A DNA stretch of 63,922 nucleotides, the filler included, from Octopus bimaculoides (Eukaryota): the NCBI RefSeq assembly GCF_001194135.2. It is 5 parts of 5 records of this genome, joined end to end, with 100 filler letters (N's around TTAATTAATTAA, not from the genome) between each part and the next. Parts side by side here need not be neighbours in the genome. Positions count along the whole stretch, not along the records: positions 1 to 10,686 come from NC_068983.1; positions 10,787 to 23,966 come from NC_068991.1; 3 more parts are not named here. One strand, written 5' to 3'. The translations under genes were made by a program, and so were the position numbers. How positions within the stretch are numbered: position 1 is the first letter of the stretch; each line of letters opens with the position of its first letter. A model generated the notes under the pieces. It saw only the letters and a program-made list of their open reading frames with translations, did not search any database and was not told the DNA's origin. Positions 1-13,499 of the stretch are shown here, piece by piece.

Positions 1-75
1 ATATATATATGTATATATACATATATATATATGTGTATATATATATGTATATATATATATGTGTGTATATATATG

Positions 76-122
<47 letters not shown>

Positions 123-834
123 TTGTGTTTCTGTGTATGTGTGTGTATAATCTCTGAATGTATTCCTAAGTGATAAAGAACGAACTTGAAGAAAGTCTAA
201 TTGAAATATATTGAACAGGAAGAATTGTTTGTAAATGAACGAAGTGTAAACATTCTATCGTAAGTTAGTCATTGTAAATACCAACACGTTGATTTTGCAA
301 AATGTGGACATTAACTGCGATTTTCGATCGAAAAAATCACACCTTGAATAACTCAACAAAACACGTTTAAAGAAATACCAATTGAGATATACAGACGAGA
401 AAGAAAACAAAAAAAAAAAAATCTTTACGAATATATGATATGTAATTATTGTATAGTATTAAGCAGCACGTGGAAATACGAAAATGTGAGAAGTTCCAAA
501 TCTTCCACTGCCTTGGAAATATCCGTCTCTTAGGAAAAACTTGGTAAGTATCTTTGTGCATTTTCTGTCATTTATTGAAAGCTATTATGAGACGAATGTA
601 GAAATTTATTATTTACATAAGGTCTTTTCTCTATGGTTTGCTTTTGACTTACGAGGTTATTGATTATTGTGGATATGTTTAAATTTCGTCATTTCTAATT
701 TAACATCATTTCTGTAGTCACAGACAAGCGTATATATATATATATATTTATTTATTTATTTATTTATATCCCCTATAGCAAACTCCTTATCAGGAGTTTG
801 CAAACAAGACGGCCATCACTTTTATTCTCTCTCT

Positions 835-1640
835 TTCTTGGTGGAGTTGCTACGTACATCCGCGAAGACCTCATACCTCAGGTCCCTTTTTAACACTCAA
901 ATTCAGTATGTGACACACTATTTGCACATATAAGACAACTCGATGTAGGTATATGTACTACATATCTCCCCCAGATGCTCCGAATCATGCGGACAAGTTT
1001 GAAGACTGCCTTCAATCTGCTTAATATCGGATGGCCTGAAGGACTTTCTCTCCCAAGAATGGTGCGTTACGAACATGGACAGGTGAAGCCCATCCTGAAC
1101 CTCATCAAAATTTTATACATGGAACAGATAGTACTACAACCACGCTTCACGAATAATATGGTCCTCATCCATAATGTGAAGGTGACACCGACGCTATTCT
1201 CGGATCACAACATGGTAGAGCTGACCATGTACGGACGAAAGGAAACCATAGACATACATTCTAGAAGAAATTCTCAAAATCTTTCCAGTTCGATTTTCCA
1301 TAAGGCAAACGGGAAACAAATTGAGAAGGAGATCCTCAAACAAAACGGGCCTAAATGTCTCTCCTCACCGGACATCGATATGAAACTTCAACAATTCATG
1401 TCTGTAATGCAAACCGTATGCTACAAATGCGTACCAGACAGAAAGGTCAGTGTACACAAGAACAAAATCCCTAGGGAGAGGAGAATTCTTATGAGACGGC
1501 GTACAAAAATTTCAGATCACCTAAACAAGAACTTTGAACTCAGTGAAAAATCCCGCCTGAAAATACAACTGCTAGAGATTGAAGACAATCTGCTACTCTC
1601 CCATGAACAGGAAAGAGCCGACTAAGAAACCTGGGTATAG
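835..1640 (+). mobile_element. Degenerate non-LTR retrotransposon ORF2 fragment (APE endonuclease and linker)
   Basis: GGVATYIREDL at 840-872; TPTLFSDHNMVEL (terminal SDH motif) in ORF 975-1625; frameshifted. Confidence 0.75.
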
Positions 1641-1641
1641 A

Positions 1642-1702
<61 letters not shown>

Positions 1703-1734
1703 CATATATATTATTTATATTATTATTTAATTGA

Positions 1735-2390
1735 ACGCCACGCATCCATTTCCGAGTAAGTTTATCTTAACCTTATTGATGCGATCCTGCATCCTTTTTC
1801 TTCATCTTTCTTCCTCCATCCTTCTCTAATTCCCTTTTTCTCACCCTTCACCGTTTTCTATCTGTCTGTCTGTCTCTCTCCCTCTTTCTCTTTTTGTCTC
1901 TCTCTCGCTCAAACGTGACCATCGTACATCTTTCAGTTCCTCACGTGACCATTTTTCTTTACCTGCACGGACGTTCAAAGGACTGGACGTTCTCATTCTC
2001 TCTCTTCTATCTTTTCTCTTTTCAAAGAAAATATTTCTCCCAGCGTTCACTATTTTCCCCTCGTTCTGGTCTAACGGACATTTTATATTTGTTTTCATTC
2101 AATTTCCTTGTATGTCTCCACTGTCCTGTTTTTGTTCCCAACTTTGACCCTTTATAAATCCTAAATTTCATTTTGGAATTTATGAGAGCAACTGTCTTCG
2201 AAGACTCATATTGACGTTGAATGATCGAAACGAGGAGTAGATAGACAGCCACCAATTGATGAAGGGTCGTTCTCTGTGTTTACTTTCCTGTTTTCCTTTT
2301 TCCTCTCGTTGTTTGCGTATTTAAAACGTTTGTTTTCGTATTTCATGTTGCTTACACATTTGGTGACGTCATGTACACATATATACATGT
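1735..2390 (+). repeat. Non-autonomous interspersed repeat, probably Penelope-derived; second copy at 29800-30210 (minus)
   Basis: Shares GAAGACTCATATTG, GTAGATAGACAGCC and flanking blocks with the reverse complement of 29800-30210; microsatellite flanks. Confidence 0.6.
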
Positions 2391-2396
2391 ATATAT

Positions 2397-3850
2397 CACA
2401 GCATATCTGAAATAGGGGGAAAAAAGAAAGAAAAATCTAAGTTTTCAGCTTTCAAATGACATATGAAATAGAAATATTGAATTAATATCAACAAAGTTAC
2501 AAGCATNNNNNNNNNNNNNNNNNNNNNNNNNNNNNNNNNNNNNNNNNNNNNNNNNNNNNNNNNNNNNNNNNNNNNNNNNNNNNNNNNNNNNNNNNNNNNN
2601 NNNNNNNNNNNNNNNNNNNNNNNNNNNNNNNNNNNNNNNNNNNNNNNNNNNNNNNNNNNNNNNNNNNNNNNNNNNNNNNNNNNNNNNNNNNNNNNNNNNN
2701 NNNNNNNNNNNNNNNNNNNNNNNNNNNNNNNNNNNNNNNNNNNNNNNNNNNNNNNNNNNNNNNNNNNNNNNNNNNNNNNNNNNNNNNNNNNNNNNNNNNN
2801 NNNNNNNNNNNNNNNNNNNNNNNNNNNNNNNNNNNNNNNNNNNNNNNNNNNNNNNNNNNNNNNNNNNNNNNNNNNNNNNNNNNNNNNNNNNNNNNNNNNN
2901 NNNNNNNNNNNNNNNNNNNNNNNNNNNNNNNNNNNNNNNNNNNNNNNNNNNNNNNNNNNNNNNNATATATATACACATACATATATACGACGGGCTTCTT
3001 TCAGTTTCTGTCTATCAAATCCACTCACAAGGCTTTAGTCGGCCTGAGGCTATAGTAGAAGGCACTTGCCCAAAGTGCCACGCAGTCAGTATGAACCCAG
3101 AACCATGTGGTTGGTAAGTAAGCTACTTACCACACTGCCACTCCTGCGCCTATGTTTAAATTTTGAAAATTGTGTGCTTTTTAAATGAGATTAATCAATT
3201 CTTACATAGTTTCATGTCTTGAATCCAAATATCACGTCGTAAAATGCTTATTAGCTATAGGCTTAAAGATACATGTCATGTAATATTTGATTATTTCATT
3301 ATAACGTGCAATATGTGTCATTATGTTTTAAGCTCTAGTCCGTATCTACTCACTGCTGTTTTGCTTGACACTTATAATGGGCTGAAGAATCATCTCTTAC
3401 CAATGTCCAACAATAGTATGCAAACATTGTTGTTTCTTACGACACTCACTGTCCCACTGCACTTCCGCAGTCATAGGAGGTGATTTTCATAGTGAAACAC
3501 TTTTTAAACTTATAATAAATATTCATTGAGCAAGCTATTGATATACATGTGAGGCATTTTATATTAAGTCTAGTTTCCCACTCAATGATATAAATACTTC
3601 TGCTAAGCTGTCATGCTCTGTATTACAATGATGAATTTATGAATGAATTTTCTGTTTATTTTCTAATTGTTCGTTGTTTTATTTTTGCTTTCAGATGTCT
3701 CGCACTTGTGCGAATAACATAGGCAACCTCTGCTGCATTTGTGGTGAGGTGATCTTTGCATCACGCAAGCGTCGTATAAACGCTATGGTTAGAAAGGCAT
3801 ATCAACATCTCAACTATATTTTGGATGCAAGACTGACGACCAGGATAAGA
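2397..3850 (+). mobile_element. Chapaev3-like DNA transposon relic (5' part), interrupted by a gap and a SINE
   Basis: 3695-3850 translates to MSRTCANN..CCICGEVIFASRKRRI..VRKAY, then after a frameshift YFGCKTDDQDK. I recall this as the N-terminus of Chapaev3-type transposases; the left boundary is approximate. Confidence 0.55.
2985..3150 (-). mobile_element. tRNA-derived SINE head
   Basis: Reverse complement GGCGCAGGAGTGGCAGTGTGGTAAGTAGCTT...GGTTCTGGGTTCA...CTTTGGGCAAGTGCC; same family as 61410-61760. Confidence 0.8.
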
Positions 3851-4133
3851 AGTGAGGAATTCAAGTATTTAACATCAAACTTCCCCTAACAACAGGTGGT
3901 GGGATTCCCTAAAAGGGAAACCCACCACGTGATTGGTCTAGCATTTCTTTGATGCCTGTCTAGACTTTACTTAAGCAGACATACATACATACGCACATGC
4001 ATACAAAAACACGAACACATGCACACTCACATACACACACATCTGTGATCGTTGTTTAGCCTGTGTACAGCGAGATCTGTAAAGACTATCTTCATATTAT
4101 TCTTAATACGTAAAATATGTTAGTTGCTGTAGT

Positions 4134-4172
<39 letters not shown>

Positions 4173-6074
4173 GTAGATGTGCAGAGACTTCCAAGTTGCT
4201 AGCAACCGTTGCCTTGTAGAAACGAGAATGATACGTTATTTTAATGTGTTAAGTGATACTTCAATCAATATTTGACTGTTTTCATAAATAATTAGTCAAA
4301 AAACATTATGTGTGTGTGTGTATTTGAACTCATATATTCAGAAACACGCATACATATTTATTTATATACATATGTGTATATATTTCTTAATAACATTTAA
4401 TAATATATTCTTGGAACTTCTGTTAGGTTTCTGGGAAATGGAAATGTTCAGTGATTGGCGTTTGGCATTGGGAATATCCGAGTTATTTCGTGTTATTGTA
4501 TAACAGCTTAGAAATATAAAGAGGAACTGTCTGCTACTTAGAAATGTTATGAGGTCAAAACTTCTTTAATTTTCGCTGCGGTTTATGCCAATAATTTGAT
4601 CAAGTAAAAGAAGAGCTATATAAACATGATATAAAAATAAATATTAATATTTCCACAAGACTCATTATCTGTCATCTATTTCCTGTGACCTCTGGCCAAA
4701 TAGTCGGTAATTGTACTTTTTTTTTAGAGATCTTTGTAGCTGGTAATGAATAAAATAAAGAGAGAGTGAGATAGAGGAAAAAAGGAAAAAAAGAGAGACA
4801 ATCAATAATAAAAGAAATATGAGAATATGATGTTTGTTTACTTGGCAATAGCCACTTTGTCATCAATCAAGTTATTTTCCTTCTGAGTTGATAGGCGAGT
4901 ATCAGGAAATGATAATATTTTCTCACATGCTACGATTTACGACCTGGCTTCTGATTTCAGATTAGGTTTGAGTTCTTAGACCGATAACAACATATCAAAA
5001 TCATTATTTCTCATTTATTGACAAACATCACAGAAATATGCTTATAAAATAACCCCCCACTCCAAAAAAAAAACAAACAAAAAAAAACGTAAAGACAGAG
5101 AAAAATATAGAAGAAAGTAATAGAGACAGATATAAAGAAGGGAAAAAGAAGTGATGTGAAAATACGAACATTAGATATGTTAATAAATATTTTTGAAATA
5201 TACTCGAGTAAAAGCGTGTGGTTGTTAGAAAACCAAACGCAAAAACATGGAAACAACTAAAAATTTATTGGAAAACTGTCAAGTTTAATTGATGAGAAAC
5301 AAAATAACATTTCATAAAGAAATAAGGGAAACCTTTGAGCCAAAATGTGGCAAGAAATATAAGGAAACATAATTTTTATTGGTGTATATTAGAGGATTGA
5401 TTGTTTATTAGTTTTTGCAAGCATCTTGCAAAAATAATGATAATCGATCGAGAATAATATTGTTCAGTAATAAAACTTGTTAGAAGCAAGATTCATGATT
5501 TTAATTGGAAAATAAGATTAATAAAATAAGAGTTATTAGAGAAATAATGAGTACAAAATTGGAAGGAAAATGAAATGGCTGAAAATAAATTAATGGTCAA
5601 AGAAAATTTCCAACATATGTTTTGGTTCTTCTTTATTACAGTTCAGTATTCTGTTTCTTCATCTTTGTTCACTATTTCTTTGTTAGGGTCATAAAAATAT
5701 AAAGGAAACTAGTTAAAACTCCATAAAAAATACTGTTTATAGTATTCTTAAGATCATTTAAAATTTACATGTCTATGTCAAGCAATCAGTTTTTTTTTTT
5801 GATATCTGGGTTACACGGATAATTTGAAAATTCTTATTAGTCTGTCATTTAATAATTTCATTTAATTTAACATGCTTGCATTTCAGAATAGAAAGAATGA
5901 NNNNNNNNNNNNNNNNNNNNNNNNNNNNNNNNNNNNNNNNNNNNNNNNNNNNNNNNNNNNNNNNNNNNNNNNNNNNNNNNNNNNNNNNNNNNNNNNNNNN
6001 NNNNNNNNNNNNNNNNNNNNNNNNNNNNNNNNNNNNNNNNNNNNNNNNNNNNNNNNNNNNNNNNNNNNNAGTAA

Positions 6075-6690
6075 TATTGGGTCCTCCTCTAAATAATGAG
6101 GTTTTTTATACTTATTTTATTTTTTAAAAATTAAGATAAACAAAGTTCTTTTTAAATCAAAAATATACACTCATTCATTTTCTACAATGCTCTTCCATCT
6201 ATCTGGTGGACATGGGAATCGTTTCGCATTCAAACTGTTCCAGCTTTTGCAAAGTCATCCTCACTGTACGTGGCTGAGCATTATTCTGATGGAAAAACAG
6301 CTTTCGTCTTGAAACCAAAGATGGTCGTTTTCCTTCTGGTGCTGACTTAAGCCGCTCAAGCTGCTCGCAGTAGTTCTCCTTTGTTATTGTTTGGTTTGAG
6401 CTTAAAAGTTCAAAGTGGACCAAAAAGATGACAAAACCTTACGTGAGTGAAGAGTGTTTTAGCCTGGGTTGCTGGTGTTTGTCCTATCCCTACCCACTGT
6501 CTTCGGCGCTTGACTGTTTTTTTTTTATAGAGAACCCATTTCTGTTAGCAGTCACTATTCGGTCCAAAAGATGTGACGGCAAAGAAGAGTACACATTCAC
6601 TCTCTGTGCACAAGTAGACTCGAAAAGTTTGTGAGGAACCCACTGACCCAATTTACTGACTTTTCTGATGTCACGCAGGTGTCGATGAAT
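6075..6690 (-). mobile_element. Mariner transposase relic, 3' half with right TIR
   Basis: HRHLRDIRKVSKLGQWVPHKL (WVPHEL motif), LLDRIVT, FELLSSNQTITKENYCEQLERL, FFHQNNAQP; TIR-like end near 6075. Confidence 0.8.
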
Positions 6691-8560
6691 CTCATGTCAA
6701 CGGATGATGGTCTGTTCAAAAGTGTCGAAAAATGTTCTACTCAGCACTTACGAATAGAAGCGGTGTATGTCAGAAGCAAACATCCATTTGCTGCTCTCAC
6801 TGGAGCTGTTGAAGAATATTTTGGGCCATATACCTCCTTAACATAATTGTACAAACCCTTGGCATCATTTTCATCAGCTGCTTCTTGTGCCCCTTTTGCT
6901 CTATCATTCCACCATTTCTGTTTAATTTTCCTTAGAGCAGTCTGAACTTTCTTTTTCAGCTTTATGTAAACTTCGCTTGAGTTGGGATTCAAGGACCGAG
7001 AAAGAAGTGTATTCCTAAAGTAGATCATGAATTTCTGCTGATCTATCTGAGAACCAGTCACTGGATTTATGAGATTTAAATCCCACTGACGAACTTGCAG
7101 CCTCAAATACTTTTCTTTTGAAATCTTCCCATAGGTTGTTTGGGTCAAGATTGATACTTTCTATAGGCTCGTGGGATCTTTGCAAGTTGCTTGATAATTT
7201 AAAGTTTGCAACATTTAACTTTTTGGGTACCTGAAGACCAGACTGTCGATTTTTATGCACTATCAAAAAATCACACTAGATGATGGTCAGTCCAACTCTC
7301 TGCCCCTCTCATGGCCCGAACGCTAGAGACGTCTTTCATGCCACGTTTTCTGATCAGAATATAATCTATGAGATGCCAGTGCTTAGATCCTGGGTGCATC
7401 CAAGTGGTTTTATATTTATTTTTCTGCTTAAACAGAGTGTTGGTGACAACCATATTATTTTTAGTACAAAACGTCAAAAGAGCTACTCCATTTTTATTAC
7501 GTTTTCCAATCCCATGTCAACCTAAAACAGACTATGAAACATAGCCCTTTCCAACATTTGCACTGAAATCTCTCAGTATGACCAGCTTGTCAGAAATTGG
7601 TACTTTCCTCAATAATTGTGCTAGATAATCATAAGACTGTCCTACAGTTTCATCAGAATGGAACATTGTTGGAGCATAAATACTGACAACGGTAAGAGAC
7701 CTACCTTTTGTCAGTTGAATACGGCATGACAGAATCCGATCAGATACACCACTTGGAAGCTCTGCAATGGAGGATACTAATGTATTCTTGAGAGCAAACT
7801 TAACACCAGATTTTCTACACTGACCCTTAAGTAAGCCTCTCCAAAAGATAGTATATCCATAAGTAGGTTCATTTAGTTGATCCTCACCAAAGAGACGAGT
7901 TTCATAGAGCACAACTATATCAAGGGAATATTTCTTAAGTTCACATGCAATAAGTATAATACGCCTTTCTGGGCTCTTGTTGAAATTATCAAGAAATGTG
8001 CGCACATTCCAAGAGACAAAATTGAAAGGATGGTTATTTTCACCTTTTCTTGAAGATTGTTTGATCACAGTGGCAGGATGACGACCGGCCCCACTCTGTG
8101 ATACACTGGGACACCTGCCGAGCCAGATCTCTTCCCCTGACATTCTCAAGCCTTTTTTGCCATTTACTGAATCTGTTTGAGACATTTCAGAGTAAGTTAC
8201 AAGTGCATTTTTAGGTTCCTGCCAACCAAACAATTCAATGATTTTACTAAGATTTGGTGTACAGAAAGTACCTTTGCAGATGAATAATTTTCAGTGGGTG
8301 TAGCTTACACTGTAGTTCCCCCACCTATTGACCCCAAAAGAATTTCACCGGTGTGACATGAAAATTGACAAAACCAGGAGCTTCCAAGGCCTCAGGTTCT
8401 ATTTCAGAGATCTCCTTCTCCTAGGTAGAATACCAACCAAGGTTAAAGAGCTTCTACCTGCCCATAAGGTAAGCTATCCCATTCCAGACACCAAACCGAC
8501 ACTCAGACACTCTATAAAGTGATAAAATATCACTCCAGTGAGCGACGCGGAGTAACTCAT
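6690..8560 (-). mobile_element. RTE-clade LINE, 5' half (5'UTR, endonuclease, linker); RT missing
   Basis: SWNVRT, ETRL, SIYAPT, GDFNA-like DFSA, WMHPGSKHWHLIDY, WTDH, KEVYGPK, EHFSTLLNRPSS; many stops and frameshifts. Confidence 0.9.
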
Positions 8561-10786
8561 TCATACATAAAAAAGAAAGAAAAGAAAAAAAAGTACGATG
8601 TGTGGTTTGCAAATGTAAATAAGAATTAGATATAAATAATATATATAAATATAACAAAGTAAACGATATGCAATAAATATAAATATGTACATAAAAGTAA
8701 AAATATACACATATAAATATACATTTATAAGTATACATATATATATTAATATATNNNNNNNNNNNNNNNNNNNNNNNNNNNNNNNNNNNNNNNNNNNNNN
8801 NNNNNNNNNNNNNNNNNNNNNNNNNNNNNNNNNNNNNNNNTATAAACACATTTAGACGCGTGTATGTACTCTGCTTTTCAGTTCTATATCTTTTAATATT
8901 TAGAAATGGTATTTCGACTAGAACCATTCATGAGACATAGCTGATAAAGAAACATTTTCAAGAACATTTAAGCGGCGTGTTACAATGGTGCAAAGCTAAA
9001 TGATAAGCATGCACCTTTGATATTAACGTCAATAATATTTCGTTATCTGTCACTTAACACATATCACATGCAGATCCTTAATAAAGCATTCGATTTCTAC
9101 GTGCATGTAGAGAGACAACAACGTCTAATAGACGATGCCTTTGTAGTAAAGAAATAATCGTTTAAATCAGGAAGTTTCTCTAAGACAATCGATAAAATAC
9201 GTACGCTTTGGATACAGAATAAAGCTGAACGCAGTTTATGAACGTTGACTAGATAGAACATCTTATAAACTCTTATAAATAAAATGAAAATGCTTGGTAG
9301 CTCTTGAATTGATATGAAGTTATCATTGCAAACTAAAATTAACATTCCTTGAACAACTCCCTATAAAGCTCCTTCAGAGCGTAGATGATAATTAATCTGT
9401 GTGTTTTATGAATATATTTAAGCAATACTACCACAGTAGTCATCAGAAGGTGTAAGACCGGGTACTCTATAAGGTATCAATCATCTACTCGTTCTACGTG
9501 GGAGATGCATATGCTATCCTTATTTGAAAGCAGTATGCTATACTTATTTGAAAGCAGATATCGAAGTATCTAGTTCATAGTGAAATTACTTAACTAGTAA
9601 TAGAGCAAGAGGCAGTAAATTTCGACAGGTGAAGTGATTGTTTTATCATTTTCGTCATGAGAGAAGCGCATGGCAAACAGGCGTTTACATCCCCCACCAA
9701 GACACGTAACGTAAAATGTGATGTTATCCCTGAATCGGGGACCTGGTCTAAATGCTTGCAACAGAGTAGAGCTCGTTAAAATTTCTTAAATGTACAAATG
9801 GCGGTTTGATACCAGAGAATAGTGCAAGTCTACTAGCAGGTAATAGTGTAATTTCATTACAAAACGCATTGGGCGAGAGGGAAGATCATCAGGCATTCCC
9901 TAGATTGGGATCCGATTTTCCATCCGCTTCGGCTGAATCTCAAAATCACAACAGAAGGAGATAGGAGACGGCAAAACGGCAATATGTATATANNNNNNNN
10001 NNNNNNNNNNNNNNNNNNNNNNNNNNNNNNNNNNNNNNNNNNNNNNNNNNNNNNNNNNNNNNNNNNNNNNNNNNNNNNNNNNNNNNNNNNNNATCTATCT
10101 GTATAAAAACAATAAACAAATAAGTTGCAAATGTATAACAGAATATCCATATATTTGTTTAAAAGTTACACAAATAGCAATTTGCAGCTGTATAAGTTGA
10201 GTTAAAAATTCACTAAAGGATTTATTTGTATAATTACAATTATTGGAAAATTTCCATCTTGTAGAAACCAGACATCTTCTAATTCTAAATTCTAATGCTG
10301 TTATCAGCTCTTGCATCCTTCATCGTCTTTAAAAGAATTTCAGTTAAATATGTGACTGGAAGCAATGTTTCTCGTTGATAAATAACTCACAAAAGTCACC
10401 AGAATTTGATAATTTTATTTTTTTCTTTGATTTTGTTTCTTAATGTTTTGGTTAAAATCGACTTTATCACACATAATTATATTTTAAACCAAATTAAAAT
10501 TATATCCTGAGATTAAACAATAAATTCTAACAGTTCTGAGATAGGAATTCGTGAAACATAACATGGCTTGTCTAAAGAAAGATTTTGTATCATAACGATG
10601 AATGACTCAGAAACTAGTCTCTGGATGGTAGCTTTGCTGGGTGGAGGTGCTTATCTCTCCCTTTGTAAACATAAGGACGCAAGAAANNNNNNNNNNNNNN
10701 NNNNNNNNNNNNNNNNNNNNNNNNNNNNNNTTAATTAATTAANNNNNNNNNNNNNNNNNNNNNNNNNNNNNNNNNNNNNNNNNNNN

Positions 10787-10863
10787 GATGATGATGATGA
10801 TGATAATGATGATGATGATGATGATGATGATGATGGTTTTATTATTATTATTATTATTATTAA

Positions 10864-10920
<57 letters not shown>

Positions 10921-11003
10921 CATTATTATTATATAATGTTGGTGATAATGATAATGATGACGATAACGATGATCACGACGACAATGATGATGATGATGAT
11001 GTC

Positions 11004-11046
<43 letters not shown>

Positions 11047-11048
11047 TC

Positions 11049-11108
<60 letters not shown>

Positions 11109-11194
11109 GGTGGTGGTGGTTGTGGTGANNNNNNNNNNNNNNNNNNNNNNNNNNNNNNNNNNNNNNNNNNNNCAATGATGATGATGATGATGTC

Positions 11195-11254
<60 letters not shown>

Positions 11255-11280
11255 GGTGGTGGTGGTTGTGGTGATGATAA
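10787..11280. repeat. Compound (GAT)n/(TAT)n/(GGT)n microsatellite block
   Basis: Directly visible; source of the poly-D/H/M/I ORFs. Confidence 0.95.
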
Positions 11281-13045
11281 GACCAAAACTCGACTAGTCT
11301 GGGCAACAACAGGAAGAGGAGCTCTTCGAGACAGACACCAAAGAAGAAAGAGAATATATAGAGAAATAAAAAAATAAAAAAAATAATAATGATAAATAAA
11401 ATAAAAATAATAAAGAACAACAAAAAAAGACAATTGTGAGGTGTACTATGGTTGATAGTGGTAGTTTGGAAAATGACGGTGATGAAGAAGAGGTTAGTGG
11501 AGAGTGAAGAGTGGAGAGTAGAGAGTGGAGAGTGAAAAAGTTGGCTTTTGTGGGAGAGTGGAGAGTGAAGGTGGAGTGTGGTGAACGAGCGGCTAGTTAA
11601 AGAGGAAGGTGAGAGGGTTGGAAATGAATGTGCAGAACAGGAATGGAATAATGGAGGTGATGGCATGGGAAGTTTCATGTGTGGAGGAGGAGGAGGGATG
11701 CTGGAATACAGGGTAGGTGAGTGGAGCAAAGGAAGAGTGAGTGAGAGAGAGAGTTTGGAAGTGGGGAAATAATGATGGGAAAAGAAGAAGAAAAGGGAGT
11801 AGTTCAACANNNNNNNNNNNNNNNNNNNNNNNNNNNNNNNNNNNNNNNNNNNNNNNNNNNNNNNNNNNNNNNNNNNNNNNNNNNNNNNNNNNNNNNNNNN
11901 NNNNNNNNNNNNNNNNNNNNNNNNNNNNNNNNNNNNNNNNNNNNNNNNNNNNNNNNNNNNNNNNNNNNNNNNNNNNNNNNNNNNNNNNNNNNNNNNNNNN
12001 NNNNNNNNNNNNNNNNNNNNNNNNNNNNNNNNNNNNNNNNNNNNNNNNNNNNNNNNNNNNNNNNNNNNNNNNNNNNNNNNNNNNNNNNNNNNNNNNNNNN
12101 NNNNNNNNNNNNNNNNNNNNNNNNNNNNNNNNNNNNNNNNNNNNNNNNNNNNNNNNNNNNNNNNNNNNNNNNNNNNNNNNNNNNNNNNNNNNNNNNNNNN
12201 NNNNNNNNNNNNNNNNNNNNNNNNNNNNNNNNNNNNNNNNNNNNNNNNNNNNNNNNNNNNNNNNNNNNNNNNNNNNNNNNNNNNNNNNNNNNNNNNNNNN
12301 NNNNNNNNNNNNNNNNNNNNNNNTATATATATATATATATATGGATATATGAATGCGTATACAAGGAGGCATGAACATTTGAATGTTTAAATAGAACATA
12401 TGTATACACGTATACAAATGAAATAAGGAAAAAAAGACACGCATCACACAGCACAAGGAAACAAAACCTACTTCATATAGAGAGGAAAAGGTGTATGTAG
12501 GTGCATATATGTAGAATCAGATACATAGATACACACACACACACCACGTGTGTAGAGAGAGAGGCTATTACAAACACACAGATCAGTGTTATGTAATAAT
12601 AAACAGTAAGAAGTATGGCACACAAACGACTAGTTTGGTGGAAAGTTCTCGATCCAATTGACACCATGAATCAATTTCTGTTCTGAACCGCAATTTCTTT
12701 CACTCGGGTTATTAAAGACTTCTGAGATTGCATGAATGTCACGGAATCTACAACTAGTATAAATATTAAGTTTCATCGTCATGAAATAACCCCCCACCAC
12801 CACCACCACCACAAACACACACGCACGCATGTGTATATATGTATAGTAAAAAGGAGGGTATCGATTAAATCAGATCACATGAAATCAACAACAGGACAGA
12901 CAGCATGTTTTGGCAGCACAGGTTATTCCAAATATTTCTGGTAATTTATACTTACAAATCAGTGATCAGTGCATAGGTGAAAGGATAGTTCACTGGTGTC
13001 AGATATCCTGCAAATCCAAGCATGTATCAAAGGAATAATTGGTAC

Positions 13046-13128
<83 letters not shown>

Positions 13129-13183
13129 CACTCACGCACATCAATGCATCTATCCATTTATCGATATATATATATATATATAT

Positions 13184-13313
13184 GAAAATACGAAATTACA
13201 ATACTTTTAATGTCATGATTAGCAAAAGCAAAAGCGGTCGGCAACCACAATACTGTTTCATTAAAAATATATCCAAACTATGTAAACTATGTGCATTTTC
13301 CATATTTTGTGGT

Positions 13314-13350
<37 letters not shown>

Positions 13351-13496
13351 TGTATGTATGTATGTATGTATAAAAGATGGAAAATACACATAGTTTACAT
13401 AGTTTTAATATATTTTAAATGAAAGTGTATTGTAGTTGTCGACCGGTTTTGCTTTTGCTAATCATGACATTAAAGTTATTGTAATTTCGTATTTTC
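13184..13496. repeat. Foldback: 125-bp imperfect inverted arms around a (TATG)n loop
   Basis: 13184-13308 is the reverse complement of 13372-13496 (GAAAATACGAAATTACAATA...TATTGTAATTTCGTATTTTC). Confidence 0.95.
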
Positions 13497-13499
13497 TTA

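Noticed and set aside
778-801. 10-bp stem hairpin GCAAACTCCT-TATC-AGGAGTTTGC
   Set aside because: Isolated and short enough to arise by chance; no functional context
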